Source: Polyangiales bacterium
GTDB lineage: Bacteria; Myxococcota_A; Polyangia; Polyangiales; Houyiibacteriaceae
Reading direction: 5' to 3'
DNA: 64,000 nt
Assembly (NCBI GenBank): GCA_045106895.1
Contig: JBGCFM010000025.1
Location: 21,528 to 85,527 of the forward strand
Every line of letters starts with the position of its first letter. Within the stretch, counting starts at the first letter, position 1. Below the pieces are notes generated by a model. That model searched no databases. It was not told the origin of the DNA and was given only the letters and a program-made list of their open reading frames with translations. This document shows, in pieces, positions 7,943 through 17,513 of this stretch. Both the position numbers and the translations under genes were made by a program.

Positions 7943-8647
7943 ATGAACGCCCCCCAAGACTCGATTATCCAAGCTCTTACCCAACTCGCGCAGGCGGGAG
8001 ACAGTGAAGAAGCGTTCCGCCTCGTCGACGCCCTCTGCGTAAACGCCGGCGAGTCGATCGCGCCTTATCGTGAGCTCGTTCGGGCGCTGCTCTCTCGCGC
8101 CGGCGAAGTTGAACGCTTGCGGAGTGTTGCGGACTGCGATGCGCTGACAGGCGTGGGCAATCGACGGGGACTCGAGGCCGCGGCGACGAGAGAAGTGGCG
8201 CGTGCACGTCGCGGCGACGAACAACTGGCCGTTCTTATCCTCGACCTTGATGGACTCAAAGCGATCAATGACGAGTTCGGACACGAAGCAGGAGACCGCG
8301 CCATCGTTGAGTTGGCCAGAGCCGGCAGCGAAGAGCTACGTGACAGCGACTACCTCGCGCGTCAGGGCGGCGATGAGTTCGTTGTCCTTCTTCCCGGGAC
8401 CGACGTCGCGGGGGCTCGACGCGTCGCGTCGCGAATTCGGCGCTCTATGTCTGAGCGGAACTTCCCATACGGCGTCCTCGGTACAAGCATCGGCTGCGCC
8501 GCCTGGCGTCCAGGCTCGTCCTTCGCGGAGATGCTGCGTGAGGCGGATGCGGCTCTCTACCGCGACAAGCGAGCGCGCAAGGAAGCGAGCGCCTGGGACA
8601 ACGCGAAGAGCGCGAAGGCCTCACAGCGCAAGCAACACGCCGCCTAG
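7943..8647 (+). CDS. Diguanylate cyclase (GGDEF domain)
   Basis: DALTGVGNRR, DLDGLKAINDEFGHEAGD, I-site RDSD and intact GGDEF. Start ATG 7943 with SD GAGGA. Confidence 0.92.
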   Translation: MNAPQDSIIQALTQLAQAGDSEEAFRLVDALCVNAGESIAPYRELVRALLSRAGEVERLRSVADCDALTGVGNRRGLEAAATREVARARRGDEQLAVLILDLDGLKAINDEFGHEAGDRAIVELARAGSEELRDSDYLARQGGDEFVVLLPGTDVAGARRVASRIRRSMSERNFPYGVLGTSIGCAAWRPGSSFAEMLREADAALYRDKRARKEASAWDNAKSAKASQRKQHAA

Positions 8648-8728
8648 GACGCGGGGCTTCACGGATGGGCTCAGTCGAAAAGCGGACGGCGCGAAGTGCG
8701 CTCACTAGAACTTTCTCTGCGTAGCCGC

Positions 8729-8755
8729 TCAATTCTACCGAGCCACTGTCGATAG
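8729..8755 (+). promoter_or_regulatory. Putative sigma28 promoter, 8 nt upstream of the start codon
   Basis: TCAA-N15-GTCGATAG, a close match to the FliA consensus. Confidence 0.65.
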
Positions 8756-8763
8756 GAACCCTC

Positions 8764-10029
8764 ATGGCGAACGCGAAAAGAACAGCTGTTACTGTTGCCA
8801 TCGCAGGTGGAAAAGGCGGCGTTGGAAAGAGCGTCGTCGCTGCGAACCTCGCTATCGCCCTGGCGCGATTTGGCCAACGCGTCGTGGTCGTCGATGCGGA
8901 CCTTGGCTCCGCCAACCAGCACACGCTCTTCGGCGTCGATCGCCCGGGATACACGCTCCAGGCTCTCGTCGAAGGTCGCATCTCTAGTCTTGAGCAGGCC
9001 GTTATTCCGACCATCGCGCCCCGCGTTGCCCTTGTTCCTGGTAGCGGCGCCGTCGTCGGGGCGGCGAACATCGGCCACGCCCGAAAGATGAAGCTCATTC
9101 GACACATCGCGGCCATCGACGCGGACGTGGTCATCGTCGATTGTGGCGCGGGCACTGGGTATGACGCCGTCGACTTCTACGACATGGCGGACCTACGTCT
9201 CGTCGTTGTCGCTCCGCAGCTAACGTCGATGCAGAACGCGTACGCATTTCTGAAGAGCGCGCTCTTCCGCAGCCTCCGGAAGAGCGCCATGTGTCACCGT
9301 GAGCGTGAACTCCTCGAGACCGCCACGAGCGGAAGCGAGACGGAACGCGTCGATGAGGTCATCGCCCGCGTTCGAGAGAGCGACGCCGTGTTCGCGGATG
9401 CTCTCGCCGGATGCGTCTCGTCGTTTCAGGCCAGCATCATCGGAAACCTCATCGACCACGACGGGCAGCAGCGCGCGATTCGCTCCGTCGCCGCAATGTT
9501 CCACGACTTCTTGGGCCTTCAAGTTCCAGTGTTAGCGAACCTACGGCGTGACAACCGTATTCATCAGTCCGTGACGCGGCGTCGTCCGTTTTTGCTCGAT
9601 CACCCAACCGGCTTCTTCTCGAATCAGTGCCGCGCGATCTCGGAGGTCATTCTCAGCGCCGACGTCCCCCGGATTCGTGCTGCGCGACGGCGTGTCGCGC
9701 CCAAGGACGAGACACGTCTTCCTGGGCCCCTCGCGAATTACATCCGCGCGCATGAGCGCTTCCGAGTGGAGTTGCCCTGCAAGATCGTCGTCGGGGAGAT
9801 GCCGTCCGACGCTGAGCTCATCGACGCCAGTTCAAGTGGCATGCGTCTCGACACATCACTCAACCTCAAGGTTGGCCAGCATATTCGTGTCGTCCACAAC
9901 GGGTACCACGCGAGCGCCGTTGTAAGGCGCGTCGCAAAGGGGGAGATCGGTGTTGAATGGGCTGGCGCAGGAAGTCCATTCTTGGCCTACCTGGACTCAA
10001 AACACACTGCACTGGCCGCCGCGTCTTGA
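8764..10029 (+). CDS. FlhG/FleN-like MinD/ParA ATPase with C-terminal PilZ domain
   Basis: Deviant Walker A GGKGGVGKS, DADLG and DCGAG. The C-terminal ~95 aa carry RAHER (RxxxR) and DASSSG (DxSxxG) and are beta-rich. Confidence 0.85.
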   Translation: MANAKRTAVTVAIAGGKGGVGKSVVAANLAIALARFGQRVVVVDADLGSANQHTLFGVDRPGYTLQALVEGRISSLEQAVIPTIAPRVALVPGSGAVVGAANIGHARKMKLIRHIAAIDADVVIVDCGAGTGYDAVDFYDMADLRLVVVAPQLTSMQNAYAFLKSALFRSLRKSAMCHRERELLETATSGSETERVDEVIARVRESDAVFADALAGCVSSFQASIIGNLIDHDGQQRAIRSVAAMFHDFLGLQVPVLANLRRDNRIHQSVTRRRPFLLDHPTGFFSNQCRAISEVILSADVPRIRAARRRVAPKDETRLPGPLANYIRAHERFRVELPCKIVVGEMPSDAELIDASSSGMRLDTSLNLKVGQHIRVVHNGYHASAVVRRVAKGEIGVEWAGAGSPFLAYLDSKHTALAAAS

Positions 10030-10054
10030 ACCCCGGTTTGCGTGCGAGCGGAAG

Positions 10055-11056
10055 CTACGCGCGGGCTCGTGTTTTTGGGCTCGCGTCGAGATCGACACGT
10101 TTGGTCCAGTCGGGCCAGTTCGGGATGTCGACGCGTGTGAGGACTTCCCACACGACCCTGTTATCGCGGAACGTAATGCTCGGCGGACACTCACCCTCCA
10201 CCGGTAAGATGATCCGCCCACGGTAGAGGCCGTCTTCGACCTTCTCCAAGGTGACATTGGATTCAAACAGCGGGTGTGTGTACGTACGCCGGTTGCTGCC
10301 TGAGCCGCGCACAACTCGTTCCATGACCTTGAGCTCCGAGGTGATGGCCGTGACAGAGCTTGCCGAGGCGAGTTTCACGATAACGAAGAACGCGTCTTTG
10401 TCTTCCGCTACGCGATATCCGCCTCCGGTGCCCATCTGAAAGCCGAGCTCTACCGAACCGAGTCGCTTCGTGGCCATCCATCCTCGGCCCAAGAAGATCG
10501 CGACGATTCCTGTGAAGACACTAAACATCAGCGTTGGAGCGAGGATGCCGGGTTCCTCGCTCATGCCGAATACGAGCACCGCGACGCTGAAAAGAAACAC
10601 CGCGAGGACGGCATAGAAGCAACCTGGACTCGCGTTCTTCTTTACCTTCTCTTCGTCCCAGCCGTAGTCCATCGTGGTGTCGTTTGGATAGGCGATGTTG
10701 ACGGTGGCGTTGTCCTTGGGGTCGATGGCCCACGGGATGTCGGCGCGAGCGTGCACTTGGTAGTTCACGTTGAGAAGTGTCCCATGGTACGGCCGCGCGT
10801 CGGGGGGAACACGAAACGAGAAGGGGTAGTTGTGTTGGGCCTGTCCAAACCAAGTGCCGACGAATTCCTGTGATTTATCCAGGGTGATCGTGGCGCGGTT
10901 GCCTTTGCCGGACGTGCTCGCTTCAAAGACGACGTCCAGGCTCTTGCACCGGCATTCGCTGTCGGTTTCGACCTGTACTTTGCCCCTGATCTCTTCGCCC
11001 GGAAAGTAAACGCGCTGGGGTTCGTCGAGGATGACTAGAAGGTTACATTTTGCCAT
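10055..11056 (-). CDS. Arrestin-N/SpoOM-like fold membrane protein
   Basis: VYFPGEEIRGKV, YPFSFRVP, YHGTLLNVNYQVHARADIPWAID; two central TM helices; a second beta-rich half ending WEVLTRVDIPNWPDW. Confidence 0.6.
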   Translation of the reverse strand: MAKCNLLVILDEPQRVYFPGEEIRGKVQVETDSECRCKSLDVVFEASTSGKGNRATITLDKSQEFVGTWFGQAQHNYPFSFRVPPDARPYHGTLLNVNYQVHARADIPWAIDPKDNATVNIAYPNDTTMDYGWDEEKVKKNASPGCFYAVLAVFLFSVAVLVFGMSEEPGILAPTLMFSVFTGIVAIFLGRGWMATKRLGSVELGFQMGTGGGYRVAEDKDAFFVIVKLASASSVTAITSELKVMERVVRGSGSNRRTYTHPLFESNVTLEKVEDGLYRGRIILPVEGECPPSITFRDNRVVWEVLTRVDIPNWPDWTKRVDLDASPKTRARA

Positions 11057-11074
11057 GTTCGTATCCGGCTCTAC

Positions 11075-11755
11075 TCAGCTCGCGTCCGCGAGGCCTTGGT
11101 AGTGATCATACAAGTCGTCTTGGATGCCGCGGAGATGCTGCCCATGACGCTCGATGATTTCTTTGAGAATAGGGAGTGGCACCTGGGGTGGTGCGTCGTG
11201 TCCACGTTTCGATGCCCAGCGTAGACGTCTCTCGACGAATACCGTCACGCGTTTCCAAAAAGCGTCTGCGTCGAGCCGTCCGACTTCGTGATGGAAGACA
11301 TCGATGCCTCGAGCTCCAAGCTCCGCGACGTGGCTCTCGTGCGTCCCCAGCACAAAGTGCGCGGGGCGACGAAAAAGGCGCCAGCGTTGCCACCGCGAGA
11401 GGAGCTGAGACTCATCCAGGAAGACGATAGGAGCCTGCGGAACCGGCGGGTTCTTCTCTTCTGGACGCAGCATCGTGAAGGGCATGGCGCGAAAGTGTGC
11501 GTGGATGAGCGCGAGGTGCGTCGACTTTCCGTGGCCGCATGGCCCAAGAAACTCCGCCGCGAAACGCCCCTCGGATGGCGGGCGCGAGAGCTTCTCGAGA
11601 ATGGACTCGAGCGGCACGTCGCTGACGGAGAGCGATGCGAGCTCTCCTTCTTGCACGGACCCAAACGGGTTCCATCGAAGTCCTAGGGGCGCAAATCCAT
11701 CGCGTGTCCATTTGGGCGGTGTGGCGGCTTCGGCGAACACGCGGTCAATGTACAC
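11075..11755 (-). CDS. Small P-loop NTPase (AAA+-like), function unknown
   Basis: WNPFG, Walker A GPCGHGKST and Walker B VFLDE. Start placed at GTG 11755, just after the hrpB stop (uncertain). Confidence 0.6.
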   Translation of the reverse strand: MYIDRVFAEAATPPKWTRDGFAPLGLRWNPFGSVQEGELASLSVSDVPLESILEKLSRPPSEGRFAAEFLGPCGHGKSTHLALIHAHFRAMPFTMLRPEEKNPPVPQAPIVFLDESQLLSRWQRWRLFRRPAHFVLGTHESHVAELGARGIDVFHHEVGRLDADAFWKRVTVFVERRLRWASKRGHDAPPQVPLPILKEIIERHGQHLRGIQDDLYDHYQGLADAS

Positions 11756-11759
11756 GAAG

Positions 11760-14270
11760 TTACCCTTTCCCGAGAGGGTCCTCTCGCCAATCATGGCGCG
11801 GGTAGCGTCGCGAGAGCTGACGTCGCAACGCTGGGTAGTGTCGTTCCCAGAAGCCGCTTAGGTCTGTCGTGACTTGAACAGCGCGGCGGTTCGGCGCGAG
11901 GAGGTGCAGCACCAGAGGAATGGAGCCCGCCGTGGGGCCACTCGCCAAGCCAAAGAAGTCTTGGAGGCGCGACGCGATCCACGGAGGACGGTCCACCTCG
12001 TAGTTTACGTGTACGCGCCGTCGGCCCGGCAGCGACACATGCTCCGGCGCGTAGTTCGTTAGGAGTCCAAGCTTTTTTGACGGCAAGAGGTCCCGCATGG
12101 CCTGGACCATGGATGCGCCCTTGAGGTCTGAGAAGCTCCGTCGCCCGACGCAGAGCTTCGTGAGCGCGAGCATTCGCCATTTGTCGTCGAGCTCCAGCTC
12201 AAGGCCTGCCACGACGGCAAAGCGTGCTCTGCGCTCGAGGAGCTCGACGGCGTCCATGTCGAAGAAGCGCTGGAGGCCCGCCTCGAGGGCGGCGGTGGCG
12301 AGACACTCCGCGACGGCGTCGCCGTAGCCGTCGCGCCGAACGCTCTCATCGAGAACGAGCCCTTCATAGACGAGCGCCTCCACGCTCTCGACCTGCTCCG
12401 TGGTGGCGTCGAAGCGGACCTCACTCGTCGTCTCGATGGCGTCGCCGAAGAGCTCGAGCATCATCTCGCCGCTTAGCTCGCAGGCCGAGCGCACGCGCGT
12501 CTTTCCACGCCCCCCGCGCTCACTGCGGTCTTGGACACGCACGGCGACGACGAACTCGCCCTCGCGAACAACGCTCGACTCGTCGAGCTCACCGCTGCCG
12601 CCACCGGCGAACACCACGCGCCTTCCTTCGCGTCGTCCGATGCGATCGGGAAACGCCAAGGCGATGGCGGAGCGGAGCGCTTCGTCTTCGTCCCAAAGGG
12701 AGCTCTCTACGTTTCCGGCGCGCGCGCTGCGTTGAAGCTGTCGCGTGACTCGCCCAACGTTTCGATAGACGCCGATGTCGATGCCCCGGGCGTAGAGCTC
12801 GCGGTCTCTGAGGCGTTCCGCTTCCGCCGTCTCGAAGGCTTCGAGCTCGACCAGCACGTCGGCGGTGCCGGACTGGTCACGCGTCTCCCGAAGGAGAGCG
12901 CGTTCCCCGAGAAGCGCGGCGATGAGGCAAGCCCTGGCGCCGACGGAGCGTTCCACGCCGGACAAGACGAGGCGGCCCAGACGCGGATGCACCGGCAGAC
13001 GCAGGAGACGGCGGCCATCGTCACTGATCGACGAGTCGCCGCTATTGCCCTCGTCGTTCTTGTTGGCGCGGAGCGCGCCAAGTCGCCGAAGGAGGTCCTC
13101 CGCCGATTCGAGGGCCCGTTTTGGCGGCGCCTCAAAGTAGTCGAACTGGAACGGGTCGTGGCCCTCAGCGCGCAGAAGCAGCACCAGTTCACTCAAGTCC
13201 AGCCGCGCGATCTCCGGGGTCTCATGTGCGTCACGTCGCTCGAAGTCAGTCTTCGTAAAGAGCCGAATTGCGCGACCCGCGCGAACACGCCCGGCTCGCC
13301 CCGCTCGTTGGATGGCCGACGCCTGGCTGATGCGCTCAACGCGAAGCGTCGGCAGGCCCGTCCACGGCGAATAGGACGCGCGACGTACGAGGCCGGAGTC
13401 GATGACGGTGGTGACGCCCGGAAGGGTGACGGAGCTCTCGGCGACGTTCGTCGAGAGCACCACTTTGCGATTGCCACCGGCTGCCACGACGCGGCTCTGC
13501 TCTTTGGCGCTCAGATCGCCATGCAGGGTTGTGAGCTCGATTCCGTGACGCTTGCATGCGGCGCTGCAGCGCTGACCCGCACGCCGAATCTCCGCCGCGC
13601 CGGGAAGGAACACAAGAACATCACCTTCGTCGTCGGTGCGCAGCACGCTCGATAGGGCCTCGGCCACTCGGGCGTCCAGGTTCCGCTCGTCGCCCGCCGG
13701 TCCGTACTGAATATCGACGGGAAAGACGCGGCCGCTCACGTGTTTGTACGGGGCATCGAGAAACGACGAGAGTGGTTTTGCGTCGAGGGTGGCGCTCATT
13801 GCCACAACGAAGAGCTCTTCGCCGCGTGCCCGTCGCGCGTCCCGAAGCTTCGCCACCATGGCCAAGGCGAGGTCTCCCTGGAGATGTCGTTCGTGAACCT
13901 CATCGAAGACCACGGCGCCAACGCCGCGCAGGGACGAGTCCGAGGCGAGGCGTCGAATCAGGATGCCTTCGGTCATGAAGAGTAGGCGCGTGCGATCGCT
14001 GGTCTTTTTGTCGAAGCGTACTTGGTAGCCGACCCGCTCTCCGACCTTCTCGCCAAGTTCATGGGCGACACGCTCGCAGGCGAGGCGCGCGGCGAGCCGC
14101 CGCGGCTCCACGACGAGGATCTGACCCTGTACTTCATCCAGCATCGCCGGCGGCAGGCGCGTTGTCTTGCCAGCACCTGGCTCGGCGCTGACGACGAGGC
14201 CACGATTCTCTCGGAGCGCCGCCATCATCGATGGCAGCTCCGCGTCGATGGGCAGGGCGCTCTTCTTCAC
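11760..14270 (-). CDS. hrpB: ATP-dependent helicase HrpB
   Basis: PGAGKTT, DEVHER, MSATL, STNVAESSVT, QRAGRAGR and the HrpB C-terminus LLAPNRRAVQVTTDLSGFW...YPRH. Confidence 0.95.
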   Translation of the reverse strand: MKKSALPIDAELPSMMAALRENRGLVVSAEPGAGKTTRLPPAMLDEVQGQILVVEPRRLAARLACERVAHELGEKVGERVGYQVRFDKKTSDRTRLLFMTEGILIRRLASDSSLRGVGAVVFDEVHERHLQGDLALAMVAKLRDARRARGEELFVVAMSATLDAKPLSSFLDAPYKHVSGRVFPVDIQYGPAGDERNLDARVAEALSSVLRTDDEGDVLVFLPGAAEIRRAGQRCSAACKRHGIELTTLHGDLSAKEQSRVVAAGGNRKVVLSTNVAESSVTLPGVTTVIDSGLVRRASYSPWTGLPTLRVERISQASAIQRAGRAGRVRAGRAIRLFTKTDFERRDAHETPEIARLDLSELVLLLRAEGHDPFQFDYFEAPPKRALESAEDLLRRLGALRANKNDEGNSGDSSISDDGRRLLRLPVHPRLGRLVLSGVERSVGARACLIAALLGERALLRETRDQSGTADVLVELEAFETAEAERLRDRELYARGIDIGVYRNVGRVTRQLQRSARAGNVESSLWDEDEALRSAIALAFPDRIGRREGRRVVFAGGGSGELDESSVVREGEFVVAVRVQDRSERGGRGKTRVRSACELSGEMMLELFGDAIETTSEVRFDATTEQVESVEALVYEGLVLDESVRRDGYGDAVAECLATAALEAGLQRFFDMDAVELLERRARFAVVAGLELELDDKWRMLALTKLCVGRRSFSDLKGASMVQAMRDLLPSKKLGLLTNYAPEHVSLPGRRRVHVNYEVDRPPWIASRLQDFFGLASGPTAGSIPLVLHLLAPNRRAVQVTTDLSGFWERHYPALRRQLSRRYPRHDWREDPLGKG

Positions 14271-14284
14271 GCGTCCGATGGCTG

Positions 14285-15529
14285 TTAGGTCAAGAGAATG
14301 AGCGCAATGACGGCGAAGGTGACCGTGTAGCGTACGCGCTCAAACCAGACGAAGTGGTGAGTCTTCGTCCAGTTCCAGAGATAAGCGAGGAGACCCATGG
14401 CGGCGAAGAAGAGCCCAACAAGGCCGATGGCGGGCAGAAGGTCGAGGCCTCGGTGGAAGCTCCCGTTGACGCCAGGCGTGAAGCCCGTTCCGTAGAGCAG
14501 AAGGAGGTGCGCGACGTAGAGCACAAGGGTCTGTGTTCCGATGACCTGGACGAAGCGGACGACGGGCATCTTCTTCTTCGTCGCCTTCATGCGTTTCGTG
14601 AGGAGCGACTCGACGAGGCAGAGCACGGAGAGCAGCCCCAGGACGCCGCCGAGGCGAATGAAGAAGAACCAGGGGCTCGTCTTCCAGAAGTTGTGCTCCG
14701 GAAACGGGTCAAAGGGCGCATGCGCCATGCGATCGCCAAAGAGGATAAGCGCCGCGGCGATGAGCGCCAGCGGGAGAAAGAGCTGCCGCAGGCCAGGCGC
14801 CTTGAGACGCCGGGTTTGCACGAAGCGGGCGGTAAGGATGCCACCGAAGAGGAAGCCACACCAAGGCACGATGGGGAAAATGGAGCCCGTCGAGTCGTTG
14901 ATCCAGGCCGCAATGGGCGAGGGCAGCGCGCTCACGTCGGCGGCCCATAGAAAGGGCGCGGAAAAAATGGCCAAGCCCGTAAGAATGGCGATGACCGTCA
15001 GATAGAGCCGCTTGTTGCGGAGGATCATCACGAGGGACTCCGCGAAGATAAGCACCATGCCGATGTGCTGGAGCGCGTCGACGCTGGTGGTCCGTGCGAG
15101 TCGTTCCGGGGGAAGCGAGAGGAGCCACGACAGGCTCGGTTGCTGAAGGTGGAGCAGGTACCCGATACCGATGATCATCAAGTAGCGCTCGAAGCGCTTG
15201 TAGACGGTCTTCCCGAGACGTGTGTGGGCATCCCATTTGCCCAACGTCGTGATGCCGAAAGCCATCCCCGACGAGAAGAGGAAGATCGGCGCGGTGAACC
15301 CATGCACGTAGCCGTGGTAGCCGTACCACCAGCTGCCTCGAACACCTTCGCTGACCACTTCGTAGAAGACGTGGCCCTGAATCATTAGAACCACTGCTGC
15401 GAAGCGGAAGAGGTCGAGGGCGAGCCAGCGCTCCTTCACCGGCGCTTTCACGCTGGGTTTCGCAACGGGTGTGCTCTTTGCACGACGCCATGGAAGGACT
15501 GCACTCACGGCCCCGTTCTGGCCGCCCAC
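14285..15529 (-). CDS. Polytopic membrane acyltransferase-like protein (DUF1624/HGSNAT-like)
   Basis: RWLALDLFR...MIQGH, APIFLFSSG, FPIVPW and LVLYVAH; about 10 TM segments. Start uncertain. Confidence 0.7.
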   Translation of the reverse strand: MGGQNGAVSAVLPWRRAKSTPVAKPSVKAPVKERWLALDLFRFAAVVLMIQGHVFYEVVSEGVRGSWWYGYHGYVHGFTAPIFLFSSGMAFGITTLGKWDAHTRLGKTVYKRFERYLMIIGIGYLLHLQQPSLSWLLSLPPERLARTTSVDALQHIGMVLIFAESLVMILRNKRLYLTVIAILTGLAIFSAPFLWAADVSALPSPIAAWINDSTGSIFPIVPWCGFLFGGILTARFVQTRRLKAPGLRQLFLPLALIAAALILFGDRMAHAPFDPFPEHNFWKTSPWFFFIRLGGVLGLLSVLCLVESLLTKRMKATKKKMPVVRFVQVIGTQTLVLYVAHLLLLYGTGFTPGVNGSFHRGLDLLPAIGLVGLFFAAMGLLAYLWNWTKTHHFVWFERVRYTVTFAVIALILLT

Positions 15530-15664
15530 CGCGAAGTGCGCAAGTCGCGCTCGTTCGCTTCCACACTCACTTGGGTGACAAGAAGCATCGAAAAGTAGGC
15601 AAATTCACTGTTTTAGCGAGGACTTTCTCGGTGTTTCTTCGAGCGGCTATAGTCAGCGCCGAGG

Positions 15665-17503
15665 ATGAATACCGACGCCACCATCGCCGCGCTCCTCGCT
15701 ACACATCATGACGACATCGAGGTCGGAGACACCATTCTTCCGCCGGCGCACGAGACGGACGTTCGGGTGTCGACGGGGCGCCTCGAACTTGGGAAGACGT
15801 TGGGCGAAGGAGGCATGGGCGTTGTCCGCGTGGCCAGGCAGGCCTCCCTCGGCCGGGAGGTCGCCGTCAAAACGCTTCGAAGTGAGCACACGGGCCACGG
15901 CTTCGAGCGACGCCTCTTGCAGGAGGCGTGGACCACAGGAACCCTCGAGCATCCGAATGTCGTGCCGGTCTACGACATCGATCTCGATGAGGACAACAAG
16001 CCGCTCATCGTTCTCAAGCGTATCGAAGGACGCGTCTGGGAAGAGCTCATGCACGACCCCCAGGCCATCCGGCGTGAGCACGGTTCGAAGGAACCCCTCG
16101 AATGGAACATCCGGGTCTTGATGCAGGCCTGCCGCGCGCTCCAGTTTGCTCACCGTCGCGGATTCGTTCATCGGGACCTCAAACCGGAGAACGTGATGGT
16201 CGGCTCCTTCGGCGAGGTTTATGTCCTCGACTGGGGCATCGCCGTCGCCCTTGAAGATGACGGCACAGGTCGTTTCCCCCTCGCCGAGGACGCTCGCGCC
16301 ATGGCTGGAACACCCGCGTATATGGCGCCGGAGATGCTTGGCGGCGAAGAGCCCAACATTGGTCCTTGGACGGACGTCTACCTCCTCGGCGCCGTGCTCT
16401 ACGAAGTGCTCACGGGCCACGCGCCGCACGAAGGCGAAACCCTCGCCGAAGTGCTTCGCTCTGTTCTTCATGGCCCGGCGCCGGTGGAAGGGTACCCGGA
16501 GCTGAGACGCATCTGCGAGCGCGCGATGGACGCCGACCGCGCCGCGCGTTTCGAGAGCGTGGAGCAGTTTCGTTTGGCTCTCGAGGGGTTTCTCCGCCAT
16601 CGCGGCGCGCGCCAGCTCGCGGAACGCGCCGACGTGTCGCTCCAAGCTATGAACGTGCACCTAGCGAGCGGCGATGACAGCGCAGCGGACGCGGCGTTTG
16701 CGGAATGCCGCTTTGGTTATCGAGCCGCGATCCAGAGTTGGCCTGATTTCGAGGAGGCCCACGAACGCCTGCGAAGTGCCGAGCTGACGATGGCACGCGC
16801 CGACCTCGCCGCAGGTCGCCCCGAGGCGGCGCAGCGGCTTCTCGCGTCGCACTCTTCGATCCCGCCCGAACTTCGCGCGGCCCTTGAAGACGCGCTCAGC
16901 GCTCAGAACGAAGAGCGTGAGTCCATGGCGCGTCTTCGAGACGACGTCAGCGAAAACGTCGGCAAACGAACGCGCTCGATGGTCCTCGCCCTCGTGTGCG
17001 GTCTGTGGGTTTTCGGCCCTGTTCTTCGCGAGTACTTTCACAGTGACAATCCGTGGTCCGCCGTTGTCCCTTCGCTTCTCTCCGCGATTTTCGTCGGCGG
17101 AGTTCTTCTCTGGGCTCGCGAGTCGATGGCCAAGACGCGCATCAACCGTTCTTTGGCCGGCCTCCTCGGCGCCGTCGTCCTCGCGACGCTTGGCGCAAAC
17201 ATCATCGGGGTGGCGGCGGGGCTCGATATTCAGACCATCGATTGCCTGCTCCCCTTCGTGTGGCTCACGGGGACCCTCGTCGCCGTCACCACAGTGCACA
17301 TCTCGATCCTGCCGTCGGCGCTCGCGATGGCCGTGACCTGCTTCATCTGTCTCAAATATCCCGTGTATCGATACAAGGTGAGCGCCCTCGCCAACGCCGT
17401 TATTTTCGTCAACGCCGTGATTATGAACCGCTCGTTCCGTGTCCTCCGCGAGTCCTTGGAAGCGCGCCTCGACGGCAACTCAGACAGGCCCAAACGAACC
17501 TAG
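15665..17503 (+). CDS. Ser/Thr protein kinase with C-terminal multi-TM region
   Basis: GEGGMG, VAVK, HRDLKPEN, DWG and GTPAYMAPE; about 5 hydrophobic segments at the C-terminus. Confidence 0.93.
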   Translation: MNTDATIAALLATHHDDIEVGDTILPPAHETDVRVSTGRLELGKTLGEGGMGVVRVARQASLGREVAVKTLRSEHTGHGFERRLLQEAWTTGTLEHPNVVPVYDIDLDEDNKPLIVLKRIEGRVWEELMHDPQAIRREHGSKEPLEWNIRVLMQACRALQFAHRRGFVHRDLKPENVMVGSFGEVYVLDWGIAVALEDDGTGRFPLAEDARAMAGTPAYMAPEMLGGEEPNIGPWTDVYLLGAVLYEVLTGHAPHEGETLAEVLRSVLHGPAPVEGYPELRRICERAMDADRAARFESVEQFRLALEGFLRHRGARQLAERADVSLQAMNVHLASGDDSAADAAFAECRFGYRAAIQSWPDFEEAHERLRSAELTMARADLAAGRPEAAQRLLASHSSIPPELRAALEDALSAQNEERESMARLRDDVSENVGKRTRSMVLALVCGLWVFGPVLREYFHSDNPWSAVVPSLLSAIFVGGVLLWARESMAKTRINRSLAGLLGAVVLATLGANIIGVAAGLDIQTIDCLLPFVWLTGTLVAVTTVHISILPSALAMAVTCFICLKYPVYRYKVSALANAVIFVNAVIMNRSFRVLRESLEARLDGNSDRPKRT

Positions 17504-17513
17504 GGCTGCGTCT

